A stretch of DNA of 64,000 nt, from IMG/VR virus record IMGVR_UViG_3300047564_005685; one strand, given 5' to 3'. The translations under genes were made by a program, and so were the position numbers. Below, piece by piece: positions 29,608 to 38,878 of this stretch. Source of the stretch: an uncultured virus (IMG/VR IMGVR_UViG_3300047564_005685). Its lineage: Duplodnaviria > Heunggongvirae > Uroviricota > Caudoviricetes. The notes beneath the pieces were generated by a model. It was not told the DNA's origin and searched no databases. It worked only from the letters and a program-made list of their open reading frames with translations. How positions within the stretch are numbered: the stretch's first letter is position 1; each line of letters starts with the position of its first letter.

Positions 29608-30738
29608 ATGCCTGCTCCCAACTCCTGGATCAAGCGTCAGAACACAGCACTGCGCCTGCGGGGCTGTGCGGTCTCACTGGACCTAGCTGGATCGAGGATC
29701 CGCCTGCGCGCGACCCTGCCGCCCAAACCATCGGACCCGATCGGCGCATCCGCGAGGCAGCAACGCATCAGCACGGGGCTGCTGTATCCGGAACAGGGAG
29801 AAGAAGCGATCGAGCTGGCGGAGGTCCTCAGCAAGGCCCTGGAACGGCATCGAATCGGCGCCGAAGCATTCGACTGGGCCCCCTGGCTGCGGCTCTCTGC
29901 CGCCAAGGAGCCATCGGTCTCGACAGTGGCGGAGATCAGCGGACCGGCGGCAATCGAGCAGGCGCGGGAGTGGTGGTTTCGCCACGGAAAACACCGGTAC
30001 GCCGCTGAGTCGACCTGGCAGAGCAGCTACGAGCGTCCGCTGCGTCCTCTGCGCGGTATCGCTCGCCTCGAGATGAGCCACCTGCATGCCCTCGTCGAGA
30101 CCACAAAGGCCAAGACCCGTTACCGGCGCGTCCTGACCACAGCGTGCGCCACCGTGGCGAGGGCGCTGCATTGGCCGGAGGATGCCATCGATGAGCTGCT
30201 CGCCAAGGGCAAGGGGTACGCGATCTCCAGCGTCAAGGCCCGTGAAATCCCACCGGACGGCGTGATCGAGGCCGGGATCGACCGGCTGCCGTCCCATTGG
30301 CAGTGGGCCGTCGCCATGGTGGCGACCTACGGCTGCCGCCCCCATGAAGCCCTGAAATACGCCACGGTCCTGCCATCGGGACTGGCAAGTGTTCAGAACG
30401 GCAAGACCGGCGCGCGGCAGTCCCTGGCCCTGCCGGCGCAGTGGATCGAGAGATGGGACCTGCATCAGCAGCGCAGGCCAAACATTGACTTGAATCGCAA
30501 CAATCAGCAGGTCGGCGGTCTGATGAGCCAGATGCTGCTTCGTCGGAAGGCCGGATTCCGCGCTTACGACCTGCGGCACGCCTGGGCGGTGAGGGCGATC
30601 CACGACCCGAGGATCTCGCCGTCCCTGGCCGCAAAATCCATGGGGCACAGCCTGACGATGCACTCCATGGTGTATCAGCGCTGGTTTGATGGCAGCGAGC
30701 TGGAGGGCGTGCAGGCGCTGCTCAGTGCAACGTCCTGA
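29608..30738 (+). CDS. int: Tyrosine recombinase/integrase
   Basis: YGCRPHE (R), GKTG (K), YDLRHAWAVR (H-x-x-R variant), MGHS and terminal Y catalytic residues. Confidence 0.9.
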   Translation: MPAPNSWIKRQNTALRLRGCAVSLDLAGSRIRLRATLPPKPSDPIGASARQQRISTGLLYPEQGEEAIELAEVLSKALERHRIGAEAFDWAPWLRLSAAKEPSVSTVAEISGPAAIEQAREWWFRHGKHRYAAESTWQSSYERPLRPLRGIARLEMSHLHALVETTKAKTRYRRVLTTACATVARALHWPEDAIDELLAKGKGYAISSVKAREIPPDGVIEAGIDRLPSHWQWAVAMVATYGCRPHEALKYATVLPSGLASVQNGKTGARQSLALPAQWIERWDLHQQRRPNIDLNRNNQQVGGLMSQMLLRRKAGFRAYDLRHAWAVRAIHDPRISPSLAAKSMGHSLTMHSMVYQRWFDGSELEGVQALLSATS

Positions 30739-31006
30739 GGTAGCGCTCGACGTTGACGAGATACGTGGACCGCTTGCCGCTGGGGCCGGGTATCCGGCGG
30801 TAAGCGATCTCCGGGAAGCGATTGGCCAGAATCCGCCGCCGCAGCGAGCGAGGCGAGCAATGGAGCAGGGGTGCCGCCTTGTCGAGCGGAAGCCACGGGC
30901 TGGCCTTCTCTGGTGGCTGCGCCTGAGCCGTCAGAAGCTGTAACTGCGCCGATAGCCGCGTGATCTGGGCCGTCAGTTCGGCGATCTCAGGCGAAGCGGC
31001 AGGCAT
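30722..31006 (-). CDS. Excisionase-like HTH protein
   Basis: WLPLDKAAPLLHCSPRSLRRRI HTH; convergent with and overlapping the integrase. Confidence 0.6.
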   Translation of the reverse strand: MPAASPEIAELTAQITRLSAQLQLLTAQAQPPEKASPWLPLDKAAPLLHCSPRSLRRRILANRFPEIAYRRIPGPSGKRSTYLVNVERYLRTLH

Positions 31007-31228
31007 GGCCGAACAGGAGCTGCAGGGCAGTGTACGCCCTCTCTTGCGGACTGCAAGCCTTGCTAGCGTTGCCAGGCCGGAAGCGGCCTCGACCCGAGCC
31101 CTGAACACCTTGAACGGCCGGGGTACAGAGGGGTCGCAACCGGCATCCAATGCTAGGCAATTTCGGCGCTGCTGAGATTCGCGCGCCGTCGTGGCGAACC
31201 TAGGGTTACCGCAGTCTCACCAGCTGGG

Positions 31229-31816
31229 ATGACGCCAGAACACTGGAATGATTATGTGTTCAGCCTCATCGATTTATCCCCTCGAGCCGCTCGAAGGAGG
31301 TTTCAGCAGTCCATCAAAAGCGCTTGGGGCTCATGCGCGTATTGCGGTCGTTCGCGCGATCAGAGGGGAGAACTCATTCCCCTGACGCTCGATCACGTCA
31401 AACCGCGCCACTATGGCGGCAGTTCTTTGCGCTCGAATCTTGTGCCGGCGTGCCGAGAGTGCAACGAGAACAAAGGCAGCGCCAGGGATTGGAGAACTTG
31501 GTACTCTCAGCAGCAGTTCTACTGCGCCCTTCGCGCAGCCAGAATCGAAGCCTGGCTGCAGCCCGCTTGGGGCCGGTGGGGTGCTCATGAATCAGACTGC
31601 TGCGAATCCCATGGACAACGAGCTCTCGGAGGAGCAACAGTACATGTTGCGGAAAGTCCGCCTAGAGGCGGAATCTATGACTCGGAAAGAATTGATCGAG
31701 GCGTTGTGCGATTCCTGGGAGGCGCGGTATCAGCAGCGGCAGATCTTTGCGTCCATGGGGCGCCAATTCGGGCTGACCTTCACGGTGAGGGAGGAATATC
31801 CATGGCAGCGGCCTGA
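31229..31816 (+). CDS. HNH endonuclease
   Basis: CAYCG...TLDHVKP...GG....NLVPACRECNENK; the C-terminal ~75 aa overlaps the next gene. Confidence 0.85.
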   Translation: MTPEHWNDYVFSLIDLSPRAARRRFQQSIKSAWGSCAYCGRSRDQRGELIPLTLDHVKPRHYGGSSLRSNLVPACRECNENKGSARDWRTWYSQQQFYCALRAARIEAWLQPAWGRWGAHESDCCESHGQRALGGATVHVAESPPRGGIYDSERIDRGVVRFLGGAVSAAADLCVHGAPIRADLHGEGGISMAAA

Positions 31817-31961
31817 AACCGAAGAGGAGTTCAAGGAGCACCTGGGGTACGTGCCAACCGAAAACGAAGCCGAGGCTTACCTGAAACAGCTGTGGGAAAA
31901 TGCGAGAATGGACATAGACATGGACGAAATCGTCCTCACGCCGGATGAAGAATCCGGATAG
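31587..31961 (+). CDS. NblA-like protein with acidic extension
   Basis: ELSEEQQYMLRKVRLEAESMTRKELIEAL resembles the NblA pattern LS.EQ.F.L........M.REQL. Confidence 0.5.
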   Translation: MNQTAANPMDNELSEEQQYMLRKVRLEAESMTRKELIEALCDSWEARYQQRQIFASMGRQFGLTFTVREEYPWQRPETEEEFKEHLGYVPTENEAEAYLKQLWENARMDIDMDEIVLTPDEESG

Positions 31962-31964
31962 GTA

Positions 31965-33224
31965 ATGGGGCTTTCCATTCAGGACGCGCAATCCATTGCG
32001 TCAACAGCGGGGCGACTGGGCGTCGACCCAAGGGCACTCGGGGCGCTCATGGAAATGGAGTCTGGCCTGGACCCAAATATCTGGGGCGGCGCCGGAGGAC
32101 AGTATCGCGGGCTGATTCAATTCGGACCCGGCGCTCGCAAAGAAGTCGGCTTGCCGAATAAGCCGATGACAATCGCCGAGCAGATGCCGTACGTCGAGAG
32201 GTATTTTCAGCAGCGGGGCTTCACCCCAGGCAAGCATGGTACAACTGAGCTATATCGGACGGTACTGGTCGGAAACCCACGACAGAGCGGAACTGACAGC
32301 TTTGGCACCAACTCGGACAAAGCTGCTGAGCGCATGAAGCCGGGTGGTGACCTGTATCAACGATTTGCCGGCAAGTTTGATCCGGTTGCCAGCAAGATAG
32401 GAGCGCCCGGCAGCGCGGGAGCGGGGGCTCCTGCGGTACCCAGTACCCCTGACGGAACAAGCACGGAAGACGCCTTGCTCCGCCAGATCATGGGCGGCAG
32501 CAGCGAAAACGCGTTGGGGAACCTCGGATTGGGCTCGCTGAAAGCGCCTGGCCTTGAGGACATCGGTGGCACGCTGCCCGGCCTTAAGCTCGCCGGAGCC
32601 GCAGCCCCACTGGTTGCAGCGATGTCCATCATGGATCCCGAAGCTGGCAGGATGGCCGGGGCACAGCTGCAGCAGGTGCTTGCCGATCGGCAGATCATGC
32701 AGGCGCATGGCGGATTGGCCAAAGCGTTGATGCCGGAAATTCCGGGGCTGCCAAGCGTGGACAGCGGGCGAGGCGTAGAAGCCATGACAGACATGGGGCA
32801 AGTTGCGGCACAAAACCCGTCACCCGCGCAGAGGCCGCAAGGCGATGCACCCGGCATCCGAAAAACAGCGTACGGTGACAACGTTCAATTCGAAACACCC
32901 GATGGCGCTCGCTATCGACTGATCCACGGCACAAAGGACCTCAAGACTGGCACCTATGTCCAGGGCGGCTGGGGACCCCAGGGCGCCAATCAGTACGGCG
33001 ATCACTTCGATATCGCCCGGGTCGATGGCGGGTTTTTCGACCGATCGGCCCTGGATCAGTTCGCGCTTGTCAACGGCAAGCCAGTATCAGCAGGATTGAC
33101 CGTCAAGGGAGGAGAGTTTGGCGCCTCACGTGATGGAGGCTCGCGGGTACACAAGGCGTGGGATTACGCATTCGGGAAAGGCGCCCGCCTACAACTGGCC
33201 AACGGAGCACGCTGGCTGCTGTAA
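31965..33224 (+). CDS. Lytic transglycosylase-like virion protein
   Basis: LGVDPRAL.ALME.ESG.DP......YRGLIQF; C-terminal H-x3-D (RVHKAWD). Confidence 0.7.
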   Translation: MGLSIQDAQSIASTAGRLGVDPRALGALMEMESGLDPNIWGGAGGQYRGLIQFGPGARKEVGLPNKPMTIAEQMPYVERYFQQRGFTPGKHGTTELYRTVLVGNPRQSGTDSFGTNSDKAAERMKPGGDLYQRFAGKFDPVASKIGAPGSAGAGAPAVPSTPDGTSTEDALLRQIMGGSSENALGNLGLGSLKAPGLEDIGGTLPGLKLAGAAAPLVAAMSIMDPEAGRMAGAQLQQVLADRQIMQAHGGLAKALMPEIPGLPSVDSGRGVEAMTDMGQVAAQNPSPAQRPQGDAPGIRKTAYGDNVQFETPDGARYRLIHGTKDLKTGTYVQGGWGPQGANQYGDHFDIARVDGGFFDRSALDQFALVNGKPVSAGLTVKGGEFGASRDGGSRVHKAWDYAFGKGARLQLANGARWLL

Positions 33225-33282
33225 TGGCCTGCACCTGGTACATTGCCGGTGTCTTGCATCGTGCAAGCCTGCACGCGCATTT

Positions 33283-33642
33283 ATGTTGGAAGCCGTCCTT
33301 ACCGGCGCTGCTGCAGCCATCATCGGCATGGCCAGCGGTCAGGCCCTGGTCCTGACTGCAGGTCGTCGTCGCCTGGCTACCCGTGTCTCAGCCCTTGAGC
33401 AGAGCGTGCCGGAGTTGATCACGCGTAATGAAGTGCAGAACGCCTTTGCGCAGGTCGCTCAGATCGAAGCCCAGCGCCAGGCCGCCGCGATGCAGCAGGC
33501 CCGGGCGTCGGCTGTCTTTGGGAACAGCGCGCCCCCAGCTGCGGCTCCCCGTGGTGACATGAACACCATGATCAACACGCAACTGGAAGCATTGCAAAGC
33601 CGGATGAACCGGATCAATCAGGAGTTTGGTCTTCAGCCTTAG
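33283..33642 (+). CDS. Membrane-anchored coiled-coil protein
   Basis: Hydrophobic N-terminus, Q/A-rich helix. Confidence 0.5.
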   Translation: MLEAVLTGAAAAIIGMASGQALVLTAGRRRLATRVSALEQSVPELITRNEVQNAFAQVAQIEAQRQAAAMQQARASAVFGNSAPPAAAPRGDMNTMINTQLEALQSRMNRINQEFGLQP

Positions 33643-33796
33643 GCTCCAGGGTCTTCACGATCCGCTCGATGCTCGTAAAGCGATACTTGCACTCAGGGCA
33701 GCGGTAGCGGCGGCGTCGATGGAACTTGTCCCAGGCGTAACGGGTTTCAACCACCCGCATCTGCGGGCCGCTGCATTCGGTGTTCGGGCAGTGCAT
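33614..33796 (-). CDS. Second NrdR-like zinc-ribbon protein
   Basis: MHCP..EC.....RVVETR......RRRRYRCPECKYRFTSIE. Confidence 0.65.
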   Translation of the reverse strand: MHCPNTECSGPQMRVVETRYAWDKFHRRRRYRCPECKYRFTSIERIVKTLEPKAEDQTPD

Positions 33797-33800
33797 GGCG

Positions 33801-34205
33801 TTACTCGGGCTGATGGGCTGCGGACGTGTCAGTGCAGAAGATGACGGTATCCGCGAAGGCATCACCCAGGGGGATCTGCGAGCCGCGCCCGTCGTCCTTC
33901 ATGAAGCCAGCGCCATCAGGGCCCCGGAAGCGGTCGTCGGTTCCCCACGCGTTGCGCTGGTATTCCATCAGGAACAGCAGGCAGCACCCGGCATGTGCGA
34001 GGTGCGAGAAGCCGGTTTCGGGATCCCTGTCCTCGCCGCGCCACCAGGCGAACAAGTGCCGGCAGAGGGCCCCGAAGTAACGCCCCCATTCGGTGCCGCG
34101 CGCCCAGTTGTTGGCTTCGTATTTGCGCGCGCCATAAGCCAGTACATCAGCAATTTCGCCCACGGCTGAAAACGGAATCAAGTCAAAGCGGGTCTTCTCG
34201 CTCAT
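33801..34205 (-). CDS. dATP/dGTP diphosphohydrolase (DUF5664-like)
   Basis: K.RFDLIP....EIADVL.YGARKY..NNW..G......A..RHL.AW..GED.DPE.G.SHLAHA. Confidence 0.85.
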   Translation of the reverse strand: MSEKTRFDLIPFSAVGEIADVLAYGARKYEANNWARGTEWGRYFGALCRHLFAWWRGEDRDPETGFSHLAHAGCCLLFLMEYQRNAWGTDDRFRGPDGAGFMKDDGRGSQIPLGDAFADTVIFCTDTSAAHQPE

Positions 34206-34246
34206 CGGGGAGACATAAATAGGAGTAGTTAGACTGGAGGAGACGC

Positions 34247-34657
34247 ATGTACAAGGTAATGACATCGCCGCCGATCTCGCCCCAGACAGAGAACCGCGAC
34301 GCACGACGGTCGACACCCTCTGGAACGACCCGCGGCGCAGCGAATCCCGAGCGGCGCGCCAAGCGACGGGAGGCCGTGGCGAAAGCGGCAGGGCGCATCC
34401 GGAAAGCCACCGGCCGTGATGGCAATGGCTTGAAAGATGCGGCCAGGAGGGTCTCGGATGCCGTGCGTGAGCGGATGGGAAATCGCGGCAGCGAAGAACG
34501 CCCTGGGGGTCGCCCGGTCTCGCGCCCCGTGGAGGCAGGTGGCCGAGAGCGCAGCGAGGCGCCGCAGAAGGCCGCCGCAATGGCCAAGGAGAAGGTGGAC
34601 CGAGTCAAGAGTGCTGCCCAAGATGCACGACAATCGGCGGCAGCGGCTCGAGGCTGA
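34247..34657 (+). CDS. Basic low-complexity protein
   Basis: GGAGG RBS; R/A-rich. Confidence 0.45.
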   Translation: MYKVMTSPPISPQTENRDARRSTPSGTTRGAANPERRAKRREAVAKAAGRIRKATGRDGNGLKDAARRVSDAVRERMGNRGSEERPGGRPVSRPVEAGGRERSEAPQKAAAMAKEKVDRVKSAAQDARQSAAAARG

Positions 34658-34971
34658 GGACAGCAGGTGGATCGCCGGTACGCCGAAAACAGGTTCTATA
34701 ACGGCACACGCGCAGGTCCCACCCGCCGCGAGCGCAGCCAGGCCCTGGTCAGCTCTTACCTGGGACAGGCCCGCCGCGCCCTCTCTGATGCGCAAAGCTA
34801 CGGAGGCAGTACCGGTGGGCAGAAAAGCGCCGACGGCGGGGGCGGCTTGAACGCACTGCTGACCCGAAACGAGATCCTGCGGGACGAACGCGAAACCTTC
34901 AGGCAGCAGGGGTCTGGAGCACTGGGCGCGAGGGCCGCGATTGCGGAATCCAGGGGCTACCGCTGATTCGC

Positions 34972-35475
34972 TCATGCTGATTCCGTGGTAACGACACGGT
35001 CGTAGTCGAGCGAATGGAGCGGGCAAGGAGTGCCCTGCGAAAGCGAGATCTCCAGCCAGTGTTCAGATTTCGATCGCGTCACGAGCTCCAGTCGAGCCGG
35101 GATCTTGGAAGCAAACCGCTGAGCGCTGTAGTGCTCAAGACGAATCAGGACCCGGGAGCCATCTTCCCAGCCATCCGTGGCAAACGGATCCCACCAGCGA
35201 CCGACACGAAACGGCGTCTGGGTCAGCCGCCTGTAGTCAGGAAGCTGCATGTGTGCAGCATGGATCTTGCAGGCCAAGGTTGTGATTGCGCTCGCGACAT
35301 CAGTGTCCAACGGACCGGTCATGGGCTGATCTGGCAGGGCATCCTTCCATGTCAGCCAGCTATCGAGGACAATGGCCCGATAGATCGAGAACCAGTCTCC
35401 ATTGGGCCCCTGGAATTCTTCCGCTGCGGTGTCGGAGCAGCGCAGGCGGCAAGGGCGCTCAACCACGGAAGTCAT
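34972..35475 (-). CDS. Hypothetical protein
   Basis: 167-aa ORF in the minus-strand string. Confidence 0.5.
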   Translation of the reverse strand: MTSVVERPCRLRCSDTAAEEFQGPNGDWFSIYRAIVLDSWLTWKDALPDQPMTGPLDTDVASAITTLACKIHAAHMQLPDYRRLTQTPFRVGRWWDPFATDGWEDGSRVLIRLEHYSAQRFASKIPARLELVTRSKSEHWLEISLSQGTPCPLHSLDYDRVVTTESA

Positions 35476-36082
35476 AGGGCTTCTTCATTGAGAGGCGAAA
35501 TGAATCAAGCCAATCGTCTTCGCCGCTGAATTCGTTGAAGACCACGCGGCCGATTGGAGAAAAGGCAACGCTGAAACGGCTCAGCTTGGCAAGAAACTCG
35601 GTGTTTGGCGTGGCGGGGGGCAAGTAGACCACGAAGGACCATGTGGCAGCATTGACCGGCTGCCAGCGGTCGAACTCGTCGTCGTACCAGGAAGCGCGCA
35701 GCCGCCGGTAGGGAATGCAGACCGGAAAGTCCCAGATCCAGGGATGGCGGATCATGCTTTCGTGCATGGCAATCCAGAGCACGGCCTGCGTGATGCGACC
35801 ATCCCTGTACTCCCGCAGCGTCTTGTTCAGTAGGCGCCTGGACAGAGTCGCCCCGGTGGGAGTACCAAGAAACACACGCTGCTGGTCGCCGCATTGCCAA
35901 TTGCGATGCAGGATGTCATCGATATGGATCATCTCGCAGTTGTAGATGCGAGCAGCCGTGACAAGGCGGTTGTTCAGCGGCGTGCTGAAGGGATCGAGGT
36001 CAATGGCGCCCATGACAGCGCGGGCAGCTTGAATGACATTGACGGGCGGAGCAAAATGACCACGATAGTCTTGCTCATTCAT
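35459..36082 (-). CDS. DNA adenine methyltransferase-like protein, catalytic motif degenerate
   Basis: AARAVMG.IDLDPFS SAM-binding motif; VFLGTPT where NPPY is expected. Confidence 0.55.
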   Translation of the reverse strand: MNEQDYRGHFAPPVNVIQAARAVMGAIDLDPFSTPLNNRLVTAARIYNCEMIHIDDILHRNWQCGDQQRVFLGTPTGATLSRRLLNKTLREYRDGRITQAVLWIAMHESMIRHPWIWDFPVCIPYRRLRASWYDDEFDRWQPVNAATWSFVVYLPPATPNTEFLAKLSRFSVAFSPIGRVVFNEFSGEDDWLDSFRLSMKKPYDFRG

Positions 36083-36229
36083 TGAGTATCACGGCGGCAG
36101 CAAAAGAGAGAATGTACAAGAGAAAAGATATTGCGGCATCGCGATTCATGTCATAGACAAAAAAGAATACGCTACAAGTAAGGGCCAGTGAGGCTGTAAT
36201 GATTGAAAGGAACTGAACGAGAGATTGCA

Positions 36230-36676
36230 TCATGCGGCGTATTCCTCCAGAAGCGCTTGAATGGAACGAGCCGGGTATTCACGGCTGACAGGAAAAAGCT
36301 GGGCACTGCTGTTGTCTAGCAGCAGAATTAACGCAGCCTTCTCGGGGCTGGTGCGCTCGATCTGATCAATCACATCCGCAAGGAAGGACTCGAGATCAAC
36401 TGATCCCGCCTGACTAGCGGTATCACGATCAGATCGGAGATCCTCCAGTGAGATATAGGAGCTTTCCTGGGCGTCTTTATGTAACCGAAGGCAGAGAACG
36501 CCAAGACCGCGTTGAGCGAGGCCCTTGTCGTAGAGGTTCAATAAATCGGCCAGCACCGCTTCGCAGGCCAGGGTGTTGACTTTCATGGCGGCTTCTTTGT
36601 CGCCTTTGCTGCCACCCTTCTCCATGACCTCAGGGAAGAAGCGACGAAGAAGTTCGAGCTTGGTAGGTCGTGTCAT
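36230..36676 (-). CDS. Hypothetical protein
   Basis: Starts 2 nt after the thyX stop. Confidence 0.55.
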   Translation of the reverse strand: MTRPTKLELLRRFFPEVMEKGGSKGDKEAAMKVNTLACEAVLADLLNLYDKGLAQRGLGVLCLRLHKDAQESSYISLEDLRSDRDTASQAGSVDLESFLADVIDQIERTSPEKAALILLLDNSSAQLFPVSREYPARSIQALLEEYAA

Positions 36677-36677
36677 G

Positions 36678-37388
36678 TCAGGGCGCGAGCATTGCTTTAC
36701 CACGGCGGTTCTCGGCCCACCAGCTATAGACCTCAGGCGCCCAGCGCTGCACCTGAAGCGCAACAAGTTCCATCAGGCAGCGCATCTCCCACTGAGCGTC
36801 TGCCTTGAGGCGGATATCCAGAAGATGAAGCCAGCCACGCAGATTGAATGTGACGACGTCATTCTGGAAGTAACTGGTAATCAGGACCCCGCGAGCTTGC
36901 TCTTCGGAGACGCCTTTCTTGCGGAGATTGGCGTAGTCCATGGCCGAGGAAAGAGCCAACGCGATCGAGTCCTCGACGTCATGCTCAGTCCAGACGTAGG
37001 GGTCGCCCTGGCGATCGTGGTATTTCCCGGGAGGACGGACGTAGAAGACGTCTTCCGGGGGGATCTCGCCGCTTGCGACCTTTTCGATGCGTGAGCCGGT
37101 ATAACGCATCGACTGAACATCATGCGAAGAAATGCGGTGAGTCCGCAACTGCATGATGGTATTGTGATCAGCCCGTAGAGCCAGTGTGAGCGAAGGATGC
37201 TCTAATGGACCCCAATGATTACGATTTCCCTGAAGTAAGCGTTTGACGCAGATGCGGCCGCATTCAGACTCATCAAGTGAAGTCGACGCATGAAATTCTT
37301 CGGAGTAGTCGTTGTGCAGCGCAATGTAAGCGACCATCTGGGGACATTCGGTCGCCGCGACGCGCTCTACCCGGAACGGGAGCGACAA
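36678..37388 (-). CDS. thyX: FAD-dependent thymidylate synthase
   Basis: HWGPLEH, QLRTHR.SS...QSMRY, EQAR.VL, NLR..LH...R...AQWE.R. Confidence 0.93.
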   Translation of the reverse strand: MSLPFRVERVAATECPQMVAYIALHNDYSEEFHASTSLDESECGRICVKRLLQGNRNHWGPLEHPSLTLALRADHNTIMQLRTHRISSHDVQSMRYTGSRIEKVASGEIPPEDVFYVRPPGKYHDRQGDPYVWTEHDVEDSIALALSSAMDYANLRKKGVSEEQARGVLITSYFQNDVVTFNLRGWLHLLDIRLKADAQWEMRCLMELVALQVQRWAPEVYSWWAENRRGKAMLAP

Positions 37389-37483
37389 GAGTCAGGGGTG
37401 CAGCTGGGAGGCAGCTTATCGCCTTGGCGGGCACCACGCAAGACCTAGCGTGCACATGGCGAGTTTCTGACAGGAGTCGCAGA

Positions 37484-38128
37484 TCAGGCGATGAGCTCCT
37501 TGTAGCGCTTCAGCTGCGCCATCGTCTCGTCAAAGGTCGTCGGCTTGGAAACGGCCATCTTCTTGGGATCAATCTGCTGCGACAAGCGAGTCCCGTAATC
37601 GAGGCCCTCCGCAATGGCTAACTCAACTCGCTTCTGCTCGGTTTTTTGACCGGTCAAGTAGTCATCGATGTAGGCCCTGCCATAAGCATTGAGGTCGCTG
37701 TAGAAATCCTTTGACATCGGATCCGCTGGGGGCGGAGTCCGGGGGATTGCAGCGTTTTGTGTCTGGTACTCCTGGGCACGCTCGTAAGCGGCACGACGAT
37801 CAGCGACTTGCTGTGACGATGCCGCAGGCTGCTGCGGGGCAGGAGCGGGAGCAGGCGCCGAGGGCTTGACGTCTTCTTTCTTATCGGCTGCTTGATTAAA
37901 GTTGATCTTGGACCAGACCGGAACATTCTCAAAGCTGTATCCGGCGTTCGGATTGCTCCTCGCAAGGCGTCGCGTATCCGTGATGACCCATTTCTCGTTG
38001 GGGTCGTCAGACTTCAACTTCGGGGGCGCGGTGCCAGTCCACTGACGGCCATTGCCGCTTAAGGTCTGATAATTGGCCTCGAAGTCATCGGCGCGGATTC
38101 GAGAGGCGTAAGAAGGCACCGCTACCAC
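37484..38128 (-). CDS. Hypothetical protein
   Basis: 214-aa ORF with a PA-rich linker. Confidence 0.55.
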   Translation of the reverse strand: MVAVPSYASRIRADDFEANYQTLSGNGRQWTGTAPPKLKSDDPNEKWVITDTRRLARSNPNAGYSFENVPVWSKINFNQAADKKEDVKPSAPAPAPAPQQPAASSQQVADRRAAYERAQEYQTQNAAIPRTPPPADPMSKDFYSDLNAYGRAYIDDYLTGQKTEQKRVELAIAEGLDYGTRLSQQIDPKKMAVSKPTTFDETMAQLKRYKELIA

Positions 38129-38144
38129 ATAGTCACTGATAGCA

Positions 38145-38840
38145 CTATGTTAAAAGGTCCAACGACCGCTCTGATTCCTCAGCCGGGACGTCGTCGTCCT
38201 CGTCTTCTTCATCCCCTAGCAGGCGCTGCTCAATCCAGGCTTCGTTCTGCTGAAGCAGGGTTTCGAATCGCTTGGGCGTCATCGAGGCGGAAGCTTCAAG
38301 GAAATCCTTGGTCTGACGCAGGAGCTTCATGGAGTTGAACTCCAGATCAATCAGCTGCAGTTTCCGCTGGTGGTAGAAGTGCGGAACGCCCTTGACGCGC
38401 AGGTGGAGTGGGTTGCAGCAATTGACGTTCTTGCAGATGGGGTGAATCGGGAGCCTGCCGACATCCCCCCATGTGTACCAAACGGCAACGCGCTGGGCGG
38501 CGTGGGCATTGCCGCGCGTCCAGTGACGAGCGATATGGAAGCGCCCAGAATTCCATCTGGGGCACTTGGTCCCCTGCCATTCCCAGCAGTCATCAGAGCC
38601 GCAGATATCGACAAGACTCCAAAACTCGAGAAACTTGCGGCGATGCTGCCTGCTGATTTTGTGGATATCCAGCGAAAGGCGGCCTTCCGTTAACGCGGAA
38701 ATGCAGCGAACACAAGCATATGAATCGGAGTAACGAGGAATGCGGCCATCCTTGCTGCCGATGGCGTGTTCGTGAAAAAAGCACATCGGACCGCCTTCGA
38801 TCTCGTGGTGGAGATTGGGCGGAATCGGCCACTTAGCCAC
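38145..38840 (-). CDS. HNH/His-Me finger endonuclease-like protein
   Basis: DDCWEWQG...A.RVA...H.IC.N..CCNPLHL. Confidence 0.7.
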   Translation of the reverse strand: MAKWPIPPNLHHEIEGGPMCFFHEHAIGSKDGRIPRYSDSYACVRCISALTEGRLSLDIHKISRQHRRKFLEFWSLVDICGSDDCWEWQGTKCPRWNSGRFHIARHWTRGNAHAAQRVAVWYTWGDVGRLPIHPICKNVNCCNPLHLRVKGVPHFYHQRKLQLIDLEFNSMKLLRQTKDFLEASASMTPKRFETLLQQNEAWIEQRLLGDEEDEDDDVPAEESERSLDLLT

Positions 38841-38878
38841 CGCAAACCCTAACGCTGCACCGAATGTACCAGTCGAGG

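Noticed and set aside
29683..30663. Long antisense ORFs (also 3545-4354, 54862-55653, 61742-62593)
   Set aside because: Shadows of well-supported genes, expected from GC-rich codon usage
33801..34205. Z-genome or deazaguanine DNA modification system
   Set aside because: The diphosphohydrolase is present but no purZ, que or dpdA genes are in the window
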